A stretch of DNA of 59,224 bases, the filler included, from Thelocarpon superellum (taxonomy: Eukaryota), in NCBI GenBank assembly GCA_026025795.1. It is 2 parts of 2 records of this genome, joined end to end, with 100 filler letters (N's around TTAATTAATTAA, not from the genome) between each part and the next. Parts side by side here need not be neighbours in the genome. Positions count along the whole stretch, not along the records: positions 29,712 to 59,224 come from JAPEUG010000218.1; 1 more part is not named here. One strand, written 5' to 3'. This document shows, in pieces, positions 34,792-45,403 of this stretch (its first letter is position 1; the number at the start of each line of letters is the position of its first letter). The position numbers and the translations under genes were made by a program. Under the pieces are notes generated by a model. It was not told the DNA's origin and ran no database searches. It was given only the letters and a program-made list of their open reading frames with translations.

Positions 34792-37187
34792 ATGGCCAGT
34801 CCACGGGAGATGCCGGCGGGATCCGATGCCCAGCGTGATGTTGGACATCTCTCGAACTCCCCCCTGTCGAGGGAGGGTCGCAACGCCTCGGTCTCGACGG
34901 TGGTTCACCTGGGCTCGCCTGCCGGCGCCTCCAAGGGCTCGCCGCCAGTGCGCCAGATCCCCACCCCAAGGCGCCTCGGGAACGGCTCCTCAGGCGCCGT
35001 GACGCCTTTACCCGGCGTCGACGGAGCTGGATCCTTGCCAGGGCCTGGCCAGTCAGCCTTGGCCGCGGCACTGCAGAATTCCTCGGGACAGTCGCCCCCC
35101 CGCTTCGGCACCCCGCCCTTGCGCCCCCGCTCCCCCCTGGCGGCCGGTCCTACCTCATCCACCTACGGCTCCTTGGATGCGCGGCCGCCGGCGGAATCCA
35201 CCACGTACGAGGACCCCGAGATCGTGAAGCGACATCTCGTCTTCCCCAACGGCAGTCCCTCCGTCGCCACGTCCCTCGGCGAGCAAGGCGGCCGATCCAG
35301 CAGCCAGCCAGCAGGCTCACGTGGTCGGACAGCCACTCCGAGGTCAGCCACCGCGGCCGGACCGTCAGCACCAGGGGCGGGTGACGAAGAGTTCTCGAGT
35401 CTCCAGCTCCAGAGCGGGGACATGACCCGCGAGCTCTATCGGTGGACGGAGGATGCCGAGGCACAATCGCAGGGCAAGACGCAACGGAGCCAGAGCTTCC
35501 ATAGCCTGCGCCCACCGCCAGAGAGCAAGGTGCTCGACATCAATGCCATCAGGGCCCCCGGAGGCTTCCGAAGAGACTACATCCGCCGTGCCGTCGACAG
35601 TCCGTCACCCGCCGGACGTGGAAAGGGTAAAGCCCGTGCAGATGATGAGGAGGCGGCAGCAGCGCCGCGCCTGCTGACGGACAACTTCATCGAGTTTCTC
35701 AGCCTCTACGGCCATTTCGCCGGCGAGCAACTGGAGGAGGATGACGACGACGAGAGCTCGTCCGACGACTATCTCGCCGCGGGTGGCGATGGCGAGGGCA
35801 CTGCGGACGCGGACGACGGCGACGACGGACAGAGTCGAGAGTTCGGCGAGGACAGTGCGCTCCTTTCGCTGGGCAAGAAGAAGAGGAAGCAGGCCAACGT
35901 CGTCCATGCCACCAACGGCCTGGGCGGCGCGATCCTCCTGCTGCTCAAGTCCTTTGTCGGCACTGGCGTGCTCTTCCTCCCCAAGGCCTACCTCAACGGT
36001 GGCATGGTCTTCAGCAACGTGGTGCTCCTCGTCGTCAGCCTCCTCAGCTTTTACTGCTTCGTACTGCTGGTGAAGTCGCGCGAGGTGGTGAGTGGGTCAT
36101 TTGGCGAAATCGGCGGTACTCTGTACGGCCCGTGGATGCGGAACGTCATCCTCGGCTCCATCGTCTTGAGCCAGATCGGCTTCGTGGCGGCGTACATTGT
36201 CTTCACCTCGCAGAACCTCCATGCTTTCATCCTGGCCGTGTCCGACTGCCGCACCGACGTCGACGTGCGTCTCCTGATCCTCGGGCAGATCGTCATCTTC
36301 GCGCCCCTCGCGCTCATCCGCGACATCGCCAAGCTTGGGGCGACGGCGCTCGTGGCGGATGGACTGATCCTGCTGGGGCTCATCTACCTGTACTGGTACG
36401 ACATCGCGACCATCGCGCGGTACGGCGTGGCGGACATTGTGGCCTTCAATCCCAGAGACTGGACGCTTTTCATCGGCACGGCGGTGTTTACATTTGAGGG
36501 CGTGGGCTTGATCATTCCCATCCAGGAGTCGATGATCCGGCCGGAGAAGTTTACCATGGTCTTGGGTGGGGTCATGGTAATCATCACCCTCATCTTCGTC
36601 AGCATGGGCGCGCTCTCGTACGCGGCGTATGGCTCGTCGACCAAGACGGTCATCATTCTCAACTTGCCGCAGGATGACCAACTGGTCAACGCGGTGCAGT
36701 TCTTCTATTCCTTTGCCATCCTGCTCTCCACGCCACTGCAGCTGTTCCCCGCCATCAAGATCACGGAGAACGCGTTTTTCGGGCGCAGCGGCAAGCACAG
36801 CATCACCACCAAGTGGCGGAAGAACGGGATGCGTTTTGGCATGGTCCTACTCTGCGCCGCCATTGCGTGGGGCGGCGCGGATGACCTGGACAAGTTCGTG
36901 GCGCTGGTGGGAAGCTTCGCGTGCGTACCACTGGTCTACGTCTATCCGGTAGGTGGCCCGACATCTCGTCTTTGTCGGCGCACTGCCGCTTCACCCCTCG
37001 TGTATTGACGTCGACGTAGCCTCTGCTGCACCTCAAAGCCGTGGCACGCCATCCCCTGCTCCGCGCCAGCAACATCGGCCTCTGCATCTTCGGCTTCGCC
37101 GTCATGATCTACACCACCGTCCTGACGGTCCGCGACTGGGCCGGTGGACCAGGGACGAAGTCGCCGGGATATTGCGATGGGGTGTAA
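34792..37187 (+). CDS. Vacuolar amino-acid transporter, Avt3/Avt4-like (AAAP family)
   Basis: Long disordered N-terminus with PGGFRR and FIEFLSLYGHFAGE; LLLKSFVGTGVLFLP, FTFEGVGLIIPIQESM, LSTPLQLFPAI, LDKFVALVGSFACVPLVYVYP. One 3' intron; stop at 37185-37187. Confidence 0.93.
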
Positions 37188-37774
37188 GCGTGTCGCTATC
37201 GTAGACGTGTCCCTGTCTCTTCATCAAGCGAGTCGTTTCGGGCATACCAGGAGCAGGACGGTGAACAGTGTCTGGAGTCTGCATTGCATTCTGTCGTTCC
37301 GTTTCTCTTGCCTCTCTCTCCTGCCCTTCTCCGCGAGTGGGCTGGGCCTTTTGGCGACATCGCAGTGCATGGCGAGGCGTGGTCCGGCGCGACGTCGGCT
37401 GTCTCACTGGTTGAGAGTTTTTCCTCCGCATGTGCATCGTGGCCGCAGGTGGTGCGCAGTGTAGGCCGTCCCGGTTCATCGGATCTGAAACCATTCCAAA
37501 TGGGTGAACAACACGTTTGACTGTCAAAGCGCTGAAGAAGCCATGAAGTGGACTTGTGCAGCATGACTACAGTGATCGAAGCCCCGTGGAGATGTGACGG
37601 TGTCGGCGACGCTCACCCTGGCATTACCCGTGGCAGTGGAATCCAGGGCCGGTTTGTGCTGCGACGCACCACATGAGAGTAGATTAGGGCATGACACACC
37701 CATCCGTCCATCGACCCTTCAACTCGGCTGCTGTCCAACCATGTTCCCCTTCCCACTCTCACTGTAACCGACTC

Positions 37775-39262
37775 CTATTTCATCATAGCCAGCGCCGTAT
37801 TTCTCTTCCGCTTCCTGTCCTCGTCACGGATAACCTTCCGCGTCTCGGCATGGACGTCGAATTTCCCCGGAACACTCGGTTTCAGGCCCGAGACAAGGGC
37901 GCACATGGCCCACATCATAGCATAAGTCGTCCACTCGCCGACGGGTCCCATTTTCTTCTTGCGGCTGCCCATGCGCCGCGAAAAATCCAGAATCTGCTCC
38001 ACCCGCGGCTTGCGGATGATCTGGAAGGCCGTCGTGGCTGCCGCGATTTGCGCCGCGTAGTGCGACGTTCGGTCGTCTTGCTGCATTTTGCTCGCTGACA
38101 GCGAGTCGTCCTGGAGGTAGTGTGCTAGGAGAAGCCCCAGCGTATGTGCGTCCTCCAACGCCTGCGAGACACCTTGACCCGACGTCGAAGGCAGGGTGTG
38201 CGCCGCGTCCCCGATCAGAACCACGCCGTCGTTGGTCCACGTGAGTAGCTTGGGTGTCACGTAGGTCGCCGTCATCCCGAACATGGACGGATCTTCCAGC
38301 ACTTTCTGGATGAACGGATCTTGCCATTTGGAATGCCGCTCGCGGAGCTGTTTGTACACGGCTTCTTTGTCGATGTCCTTGCTCAGGGCCGGGGGCTCCT
38401 CCACGCTGAAGGTCGACCACCACATGGCGCGAGGCCCGTAGGGTATGGCTTTGTTGTCTTTGATCTCGGCCGTGCTGAGATGCGGCGAGGTGGCGCGAAT
38501 GTCGGCCTCGCATGGTCCGTAGCCGAAGAAGCCTTCCGCGCCAAACGTCATCACCACGGGGCTGTGGGGCGCAGGAAGCTTATGGTTGGGCGGGATGGGT
38601 GGCAGGTAGCTCGAGGGCACGAAGCCCCCGATGCCACACAGGCCTTCGTAGATGGGCTTCTGGTGGTCGCCGTCGCGGATCGCGTTCTTGACGATGCTCT
38701 TCACGCCGTCGGCGCCGATGACGAGGTCGAATTCGTTCGTCTTGCTCCCGTCGGCGAAGTGTAGGATGGGCTTAATGTTGGGCCCACGGTCGACCTTGAC
38801 CAGCGTCTTGCCTGTCCGTAAAGCGTCGTCGGGTACGCGGTCCCGCAGGCAATCCCACACCCCTTGACGCGTGCTCATCACCATAACCTCCGGCGGCTCC
38901 TTGCTGACGTCGCTCGTGGGCATGGATCCGAGGCTCCAGTTGCGTGAGTTCTTCATCTGGAAGCGAAGGACCGGGTAGCCTTGCGCCACGACGGCATCGT
39001 GGAGCTCCGGGTCCAGCTCTCGGAGAGTGTGCATGCCATTGGGCGCCACGCCGAGCCCACCGCCAATGAATGAGGCCGCATCGCGCCGCTCGGCTTCTTC
39101 ATGTTTGGCCTCTCGTTCCTTGCGCGTGGGCGCCGGGTAGGTTTCAAAGATCAGGATCTCATGCGTAGTGGAGGCCGGCAGAAGCTTTTGGAGAAACAGA
39201 TACGTCGACAGGCCGCTGATGCCCGCGCCGACAATGGCGATTTTCAACGCTGGGGTAGTCAT
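37775..39262 (-). CDS. FAD-dependent monooxygenase (group A flavoprotein hydroxylase)
   Basis: GxGxxG (IAIVGAGISG), DG motif (LVIGADGVKS), GD motif (VLIGDAAH..GQGVSQALEDA). Intronless, 495 aa. Confidence 0.93.
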   Translation of the reverse strand: MTTPALKIAIVGAGISGLSTYLFLQKLLPASTTHEILIFETYPAPTRKEREAKHEEAERRDAASFIGGGLGVAPNGMHTLRELDPELHDAVVAQGYPVLRFQMKNSRNWSLGSMPTSDVSKEPPEVMVMSTRQGVWDCLRDRVPDDALRTGKTLVKVDRGPNIKPILHFADGSKTNEFDLVIGADGVKSIVKNAIRDGDHQKPIYEGLCGIGGFVPSSYLPPIPPNHKLPAPHSPVVMTFGAEGFFGYGPCEADIRATSPHLSTAEIKDNKAIPYGPRAMWWSTFSVEEPPALSKDIDKEAVYKQLRERHSKWQDPFIQKVLEDPSMFGMTATYVTPKLLTWTNDGVVLIGDAAHTLPSTSGQGVSQALEDAHTLGLLLAHYLQDDSLSASKMQQDDRTSHYAAQIAAATTAFQIIRKPRVEQILDFSRRMGSRKKKMGPVGEWTTYAMMWAMCALVSGLKPSVPGKFDVHAETRKVIRDEDRKRKRNTALAMMK

Positions 39263-39630
39263 TTTAGCAGATGGTGGGCAGCGAAGTCGATAGACGTGTA
39301 CTGTCTCCAGCTAGAGCAAGAATTGATTCACATCAACCAACCAGTCGGGTCCACTGCAGGCAGGCATGGTATATATCGTCGTGACTCGACATCTTCAGCT
39401 GGAGATGCAGTGACCAGGCTTGCGGACGTGGCCGCTTGCGTCGGAGCCGTCGAGCTGTCTCGGGTGGCTTGAGCTCCCGAGCCGACGCCCAAGTTGTTTC
39501 CTTACGACGCCTGCACTTGCTGCAGGCTGCAGCCAACAGAGCCGCTAGTCCGGCGTCTACTCGGCGGCCGCACTCGTACCTTGACATGGTCCGTCTCGAT
39601 CTTTGGTTAAGCACCAACAGAGAGTCCAAG

Positions 39631-39730
39631 GTACTTCGTACGAGGTACTTCGCACGAGGTACTCTGTACGAGGTACAAAGTACGAAGTACTACCTTAACA
39701 GTAGGATTGTAAGGTAGTACGAAGTACTTC
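39631..39730. repeat. GTAC-nnn 7-bp periodic array with terminal inverted repeat
   Basis: GTAC at 39631, 38, 45, (52 GCAC), 59, 66, 73, 80, 87. Perfect 11-bp inverted repeat gtactacctta (39687-97) / taaggtagtac (39710-20). Confidence 0.85.
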
Positions 39731-40950
39731 GTGCCTTGGCGTGGTACGACACGTGTGGGACGCGTAACGCGATGATAAGTCGTGATTCCGCGTAGCTCCT
39801 CAGCCTGGAGAGGATACAGGACAAACTTCCTTGTGGAGAGCAGAGTCTTGAGTCTTGAGTCGATCGTCGATCGTCGGTCGTCGATCGTCGATAAGAGACG
39901 GCGATAGCTGACGAGTTCGACCATTCTAGCGAACGGGTCGACGGGTGGGACAGTAGGCGGAATCCCACATGAGCTGCGCGGTCCACGGCTCCGCGTCCTG
40001 GCAAGCACTCGAAAATCGGCACTTCAATCCGCACAGAAGCCACCTACCATACCGACCTGTCCAAGTCTGTCCGTGGCACGGGAAACAACTCTACATGTCA
40101 GAGATACACGTCTGAATCATGCGGCAAAGATGGACATCCCAAACATCATAACGTGCAGGGTTCAGATGCCTTCATCTAAGGGACAGGACCATCCGATTCA
40201 GGCAACTTTATGGGGTTGCAGTGGCACAGCAACACGAGTGCCGACTCCTAGGAAAGTACCGCACCCTCTACCTAATTCCTACTAGGAGAAGTGGTGAGTG
40301 ATGGAGTTCCCGTGATGCTGACAGCTGGCGGCCTCCGCAAACGAACTGCGTCCAAATTGTCGAGGCTTGACGTACGATCAATCAGCTGCTCGGTCGGCAT
40401 CCGACTACGGTGGCTGGTACCAGAGGTTTGTACGTGGTGCTATTCGTGGATTTGCGAATTTCCTCAACGTTGTGCCGAGCTAGGCAAGTGGCACGTCAAT
40501 TTGGCCTGGATACGTGCTAGCTTTCAGACCTCTCCTCCCATCCAAGGCGAGGCGAGGCAGATGGCATCGTCCATAACCGTACTTCCTCTTTGCTGACCCT
40601 CCTCCCCCGTGAATTGCCCACCCGCGCCATTCAACCGTCCCCAGCGAACCACGCGTGTTCTCGGACCATCCTCTGCGACGTGGCTTGACGCTCGTAGCCT
40701 TTTTGGGCGAGCGGGAGCTCAGCAGTGCTTCGGGCGGAGCCATACGGTGCTCAGAGGGGCAGGCTCTTTACCTTCTACTTTCCTCTTTTCCTCCTCCCCT
40801 CCTCGTCGTGCCCGCTCGTCACTTTCTATAAGAAGCAGCCTACATCCCCCGCGGTGGTGGCCCTTGATCGAGTGCAGTCCGATATTTTCTACCGCGTCGA
40901 CTCAACAAGGATCCGTCCACCTTTAGATCTCATCCGCATTCGTCGACATC

Positions 40951-41394
40951 ATGGTCAACCTCAGAAGCGTCCTCGCCGTCGTGGCTCTCCCTCTCTTCGC
41001 CACGGCCGTCCCGCTTCAGAGCCGGAGCTACGAGCAGCTCCCTGGCCAGACGCCCAGCACGGGAACGTAAGTCATGCAGACTGCCGTCGCCTTTTGCTGT
41101 CACTGCCGGCACCACCAACATCCCCACCCTCTCGCTCTCCAGCAAATGTAAGATTCAATGGAACAATCGACTGACACTTTCGACATGAACTCCAGGGAAG
41201 AGGACCCAAGCTGGTGCAGCTACAGTGTCTTCAGTACCGAGACAGGCATAACGATGGGCGGGGATACTTCTCAGGTCTATTGCTACATTGGCCACAACAC
41301 TCAGTATGACGGGGTGCACTTGCAGTGCCGGGCGAATGGCGTATGGGTTAAACGTCCGGACATCCCGTGCGATACTGTCTACAGCGACTGGTAG
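40951..41394 (+). CDS. Small secreted cysteine-containing protein (104 aa)
   Basis: Signal peptide MVNLRSVLAVVALPLFATAVP. Intron 41067-41195 (GTAAGT..CTGAC..CAG) joins in frame to EEDPSWCSYSV..YCYIG..LQCRANG..IPCDTVYSDW*. TATA-like TATAAGAA at 40827-40834. Confidence 0.78.
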
Positions 41395-41615
41395 CCAATT
41401 TTCCAATTCTTGGAAGGGGTGGAGAATACTTGGCGGGCGATCGAAGCAGGATCTATGCCCTGGGGAGCCTCGGGGCTGGATTAGAGCTGTGATCGACGCA
41501 ACTTCAGGCCGTCAGTGGCGCCATCCGGACCTATGCTCCTCGAAATCTGGGAGAAGGGTTTCTAATATCATTGACAATGCATCTTTACAAGAAGCCATTC
41601 CTCCAGATCCTCATT

Positions 41616-42865
41616 TCATTCCATGGCCGAGAGACCTACACTACGACGCTTAGAACGAGACCGGGACCGGGACCGGGGAAATAACCTAGAGAGCGAAGAG
41701 CGACGTAGCAGCGGCCGCGACCAGCTTCCACTGACGCGATGTTCGGAGGTGGTGCACTTATGCCGGGCGGGGTGTGAGAGCAGCGCCTCGGCAGCCAGAC
41801 GCTTGAGATGGTACGATACGGGGATGAAGGAGAGGCCGTCGGCGGCGAACTTGCACATCGACGAGTGGTCTGCGTTAAGCTCTAGCTGAGATTCTTGGTG
41901 GCTGGCGAGGCCTAGGGTGGCGGACGAGCGGGGGACGATTATCTGCAGGACGTCAGCATGGGAAATTGGGATTGCAGATGGGTGTCTCGAGCCACCAGGG
42001 GGAAATGGGCATTCTGTCCGGGCCACTCACCGTGCCCACCGTGAGACCATATCTCCGGTACTGCATCGGTTTCGTCTCGAAGAAGGATACAACTTTGTAG
42101 TCTTCGAGCTGGGCCCGGAAATGGTCGTCCACCTCCTGCGAGAAGATGGAGTCTCGCTTCAGATGGCGCAGGATGTCGTTGTTTGACGCGCCCGTGAAAG
42201 CGCGGACGATGCGAGCCGCTATCTTCCCAGGGCCAACGCCGTGCCCTCCGCGGTGCGGCGTGCCAGAGAAAACCAGTCCATAGGTCGATTCCCGGATTTG
42301 ACCATACGTGACACGATGCGTATCCGCCCGGATCAGAGCCTGCGGGGAGCATCAGTATCATCATTCGCCACCGACGGACATCCGGTCTTGCCTTTTTGAC
42401 AATCAGTCCGCCAAGGCTATGTGCCACGAATAAGATAGGCACCGCGCACCGCGGTTGCTACACGCGCGATCAGCAAGGAGCGTAGAGATGCCACCAGCCA
42501 CCAATCATACCGACAAGGCTCGATAGCGATCGAGCAGCGACTCGGCGTGATCACTGAGGGTGGCGGCAGAGGAGTTGAAGGCGACGTTGGCGTTATAGGT
42601 GTACAGCAAAACTCGGGCGTGGGGGAGATGTAGCGGTAGAAGGTCCCTGGGCCAGAAGACCCCGTTGGGATGGGTCCAGGTCTGCGACGCGTGGTGCGCA
42701 TGGTCGACGGGGTTCAGTCCGTGTACAAAGATGATGCTTCCTGTTCTTAGAGGGCGACTCTAAGTCGTGATGGAAAACTCACTCGACTTGTGATCGAGGC
42801 TCAACTCGTTTCAGCTTTCCCGTGGCCACCGCCGCCGAGGCATCGTACACGACTTCCAAAGTACT
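41616..42865 (-). CDS. Stand-alone SesB/SERAC1(DUF676)-like alpha/beta hydrolase; 5' start unresolved
   Basis: Spliced exons give VD-IIFVHGLNP..TWTHPNGVFWPRDLLP..ARVLLYTYNA, ILFVAHSLGGLIVKK-AL, GLVFSGTPHRG, SFFET, IIVPRSSATLG, LNADHSSMCKF. One intron is GC-AG (42391-42340). In-frame TAG lies immediately upstream of 42865. Confidence 0.8.
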
Positions 42866-43732
42866 CTAGAGAAAGGCATGAGATGCCACATCGGACACCG
42901 GTTCAGGATTCAGTCACACACCACGGACGCACAGAATGGATTTCAGGACTTGCTCGATTCTATCGACCAGGGATTTGATATTTGTACCATTGACGCAGAA
43001 AAGCTGCCGATGGGCCAGGATAAGAGATAGAGCAACACTGCACAATCTTGGAAATGCTTCAGCCTGTTGCTTGATCGTCCAATCATCCCAGCTTGATGGA
43101 AAGAGGAATGTTGGAGAGTCATGCAACACGAAGGCGCCACGACGGAACAACAGGAACGATAGACGATGAGTAGATCTGGAGCCGCACAGCCACAGCTGGA
43201 TGGGCTATGCGAATTGGGGACACCCTCGCTCTGACTCTTCTGCCGTCCCCTTCTACCAAAGAGGTGATTTGGCTGACACACCCGAGAGATCAGGCGTGTG
43301 CGCCTTGCTGCAGGCACCCATCTTACCTGCAGCCTTGCTCTCCTCAGCAGGCAGAAGTCCATCGATACGGCCGAGGAGCCGAAAGGCCGAACGCCAAACG
43401 GCCGAAGAGGCCAAGACCGAGAGAGAAGTATTTCGACGTAGGGGATCATGAAATGTTCTGAGAGCTGGACAATTCCTACTTCCGTCCAGGTCAACGACCT
43501 TCCAATATGCTTGGAGTCGGAGGCCCGCAAACGGACCTCCCTTTGGCAGGATCATCCTTGTCTGGACAGCAGCGGTTGGAAGCGTTCGGTCTCTCAACCG
43601 AACTCGTGCCGGGCGGGCAGTCGCTAGGGTAAAGTCAAACTTTGGGACTCCCGATAGTGTCGAAATGTTTCAACTGCTAAAATGTCTGGGATTTGAGCAT
43701 CAATCAGCCAGGGTAAACACAGCAGAACGGCC

Positions 43733-45266
43733 ATGTCGACCGAGACAACGCTGGTGGCTGCGTCTGCAGCTGAGCAGAGTCGGTCGGGGTCGGAGGTGCG
43801 TGTGGAATTTACAACGCGGGATCCAGAGTTACTTCTGCCAGAGGAATCCAGCACAATCGTAGTGCCCACAAGTGAGCAAAACCAACTGTGATGGTGGCCG
43901 CCAGACTGATGGGTGCAATCAAATAGATCTCCGCCGATATGGTCTCTCACGACTAGTGAACCATCTCCTGGCCACGGAGAAGTCAACGCCTTTCAATTTC
44001 CTGGTTGCAGGCTCGTTTCTGCGTTCCTCCATCGACGATTACCTCACCGCGACTGGACTGTCTGCGGAACATACCCTCACCCTCGAATATGTCCGCAGCA
44101 TCATCCCGCCGTTACATCAAGCATCCTACGAGCATGATGACTGGGTGAGCTCGGTCGACGTTCTCTCGAGCACTTCTTTAGCGGAAGTTTGGGCTGGTGA
44201 TTCCCCATCACCCGGCCAGGAACGGATCCTCTCGGGCGGATACGACGGTCTGCTGCGGGTATGGAATACATCATCACAGCTCCTAACGACCTCTCCATCC
44301 GCTGCCGAGGGAGGACACACCTCGTCGATCAAAGCCTGCCAGTTTCTGTCCCCCAAAGTCATTGCGTCCTCAGGTTTGGACCGGAGCATTCGAACATGGA
44401 AGTACAACGAATCGGCGGACGATATGACCGCCACGTTGGAACCCCAGTTGGAGCTCTATGGCCACCGTGCGAGCGTGGAAAATATTGCTGTGCACGCTCC
44501 CTCCCACCGGATCCTGTCCGGTTCAAGCGACCACAGCGTGGGCTTCTGGTCGAGCAAGAAATCCGACGCGCCTCCGGCCCCTTCGTCACTCACACCATCC
44601 AACGCCTCCGCGCGATCCAAACGACGAAAGATCGCTTCCGCATCGGGCACCCCACAGCGAGGGCCCCTCGCCCTTCTGCAAGGCCACGTCGCCCCCGTAT
44701 CCTCCACCATCTTCGACGCCACCGACGCCACCGTCGCCTACTCCACTTCATGGGACCACACGCTACGGACGTGGGACCTCCCGACGAGCACGTTAGTTGA
44801 CACGCGCACGACCGCTCACCCGCTCCTCTGCCTGGCCGCCCTCCCCGCCCTCCATCTCATCGCCGCCGGCACGTCAGCGCGACACATCACGCTGATCGAT
44901 CCCCGGGCCTCAGCCGCGACCATCAGTGCGCTCACGCTGCGCGGGCACAGCAACGCCGTCGTTGCCCTCGCGCGCAATCCAAGCAGCGTGTACGGGCTCG
45001 TGAGCGGCAGCCACGACAGCACGTGTCGAGTGTGGGATGTACGCAGCACCAAGGCAAGCGAGGGAGAGGTTGCAGGAGTCGGCACGGTGGGCGAGAGCAT
45101 GTACACGATTGAGCGCGAGTCGTTGAAGGGCCGTGGGCGACGCGTCGCAGGCGAGGGAGTCAAGGTGTTTGACGTCGCCTGGGACCGCGACGTCGGTATC
45201 GTCAGCGCGGCAGAGGATAAGAGCGTGCAGATCAATCGCGGCCGAGACGGGGCAGACCCTACGTAG
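43733..45266 (+). CDS. YTM1: Ribosome biogenesis protein Ytm1/WDR12
   Basis: N-terminal NLE/UBL region (VRVEFTTR..IVVPT-DLRRYGLSRLVNHLL..FNFLV..LEYVR), HDDWVSSVD, WD40 repeats (SWDHTLRTWD, LRGHSN..SGSHDSTCRVWDVR). One intron. Confidence 0.94.
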
Positions 45267-45310
45267 ACGAGATGAGACAAGACGAGATGAGACGAGACGA
45301 GTTGAGATGA
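45265..45310. repeat. (GAGAY) pentamer microsatellite between convergent YTM1 and ZW10
   Basis: Degenerate gagac/gagat units starting at the YTM1 stop. Confidence 0.8.
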
Positions 45311-45403
45311 CGATATATCAGACGTGATGTGACCATGGAGAGAGAGGCGCATCTGCCCCAGGGCAAACACCACATGGCCCAAGCCACTCAAACTCGAATC
45401 GCC

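Noticed and set aside
39631..39730. CRISPR-like array or MITE
   Set aside because: Eukaryotic context, 7-bp period with no unique spacers, and no TIR/TSD pair or transposase.
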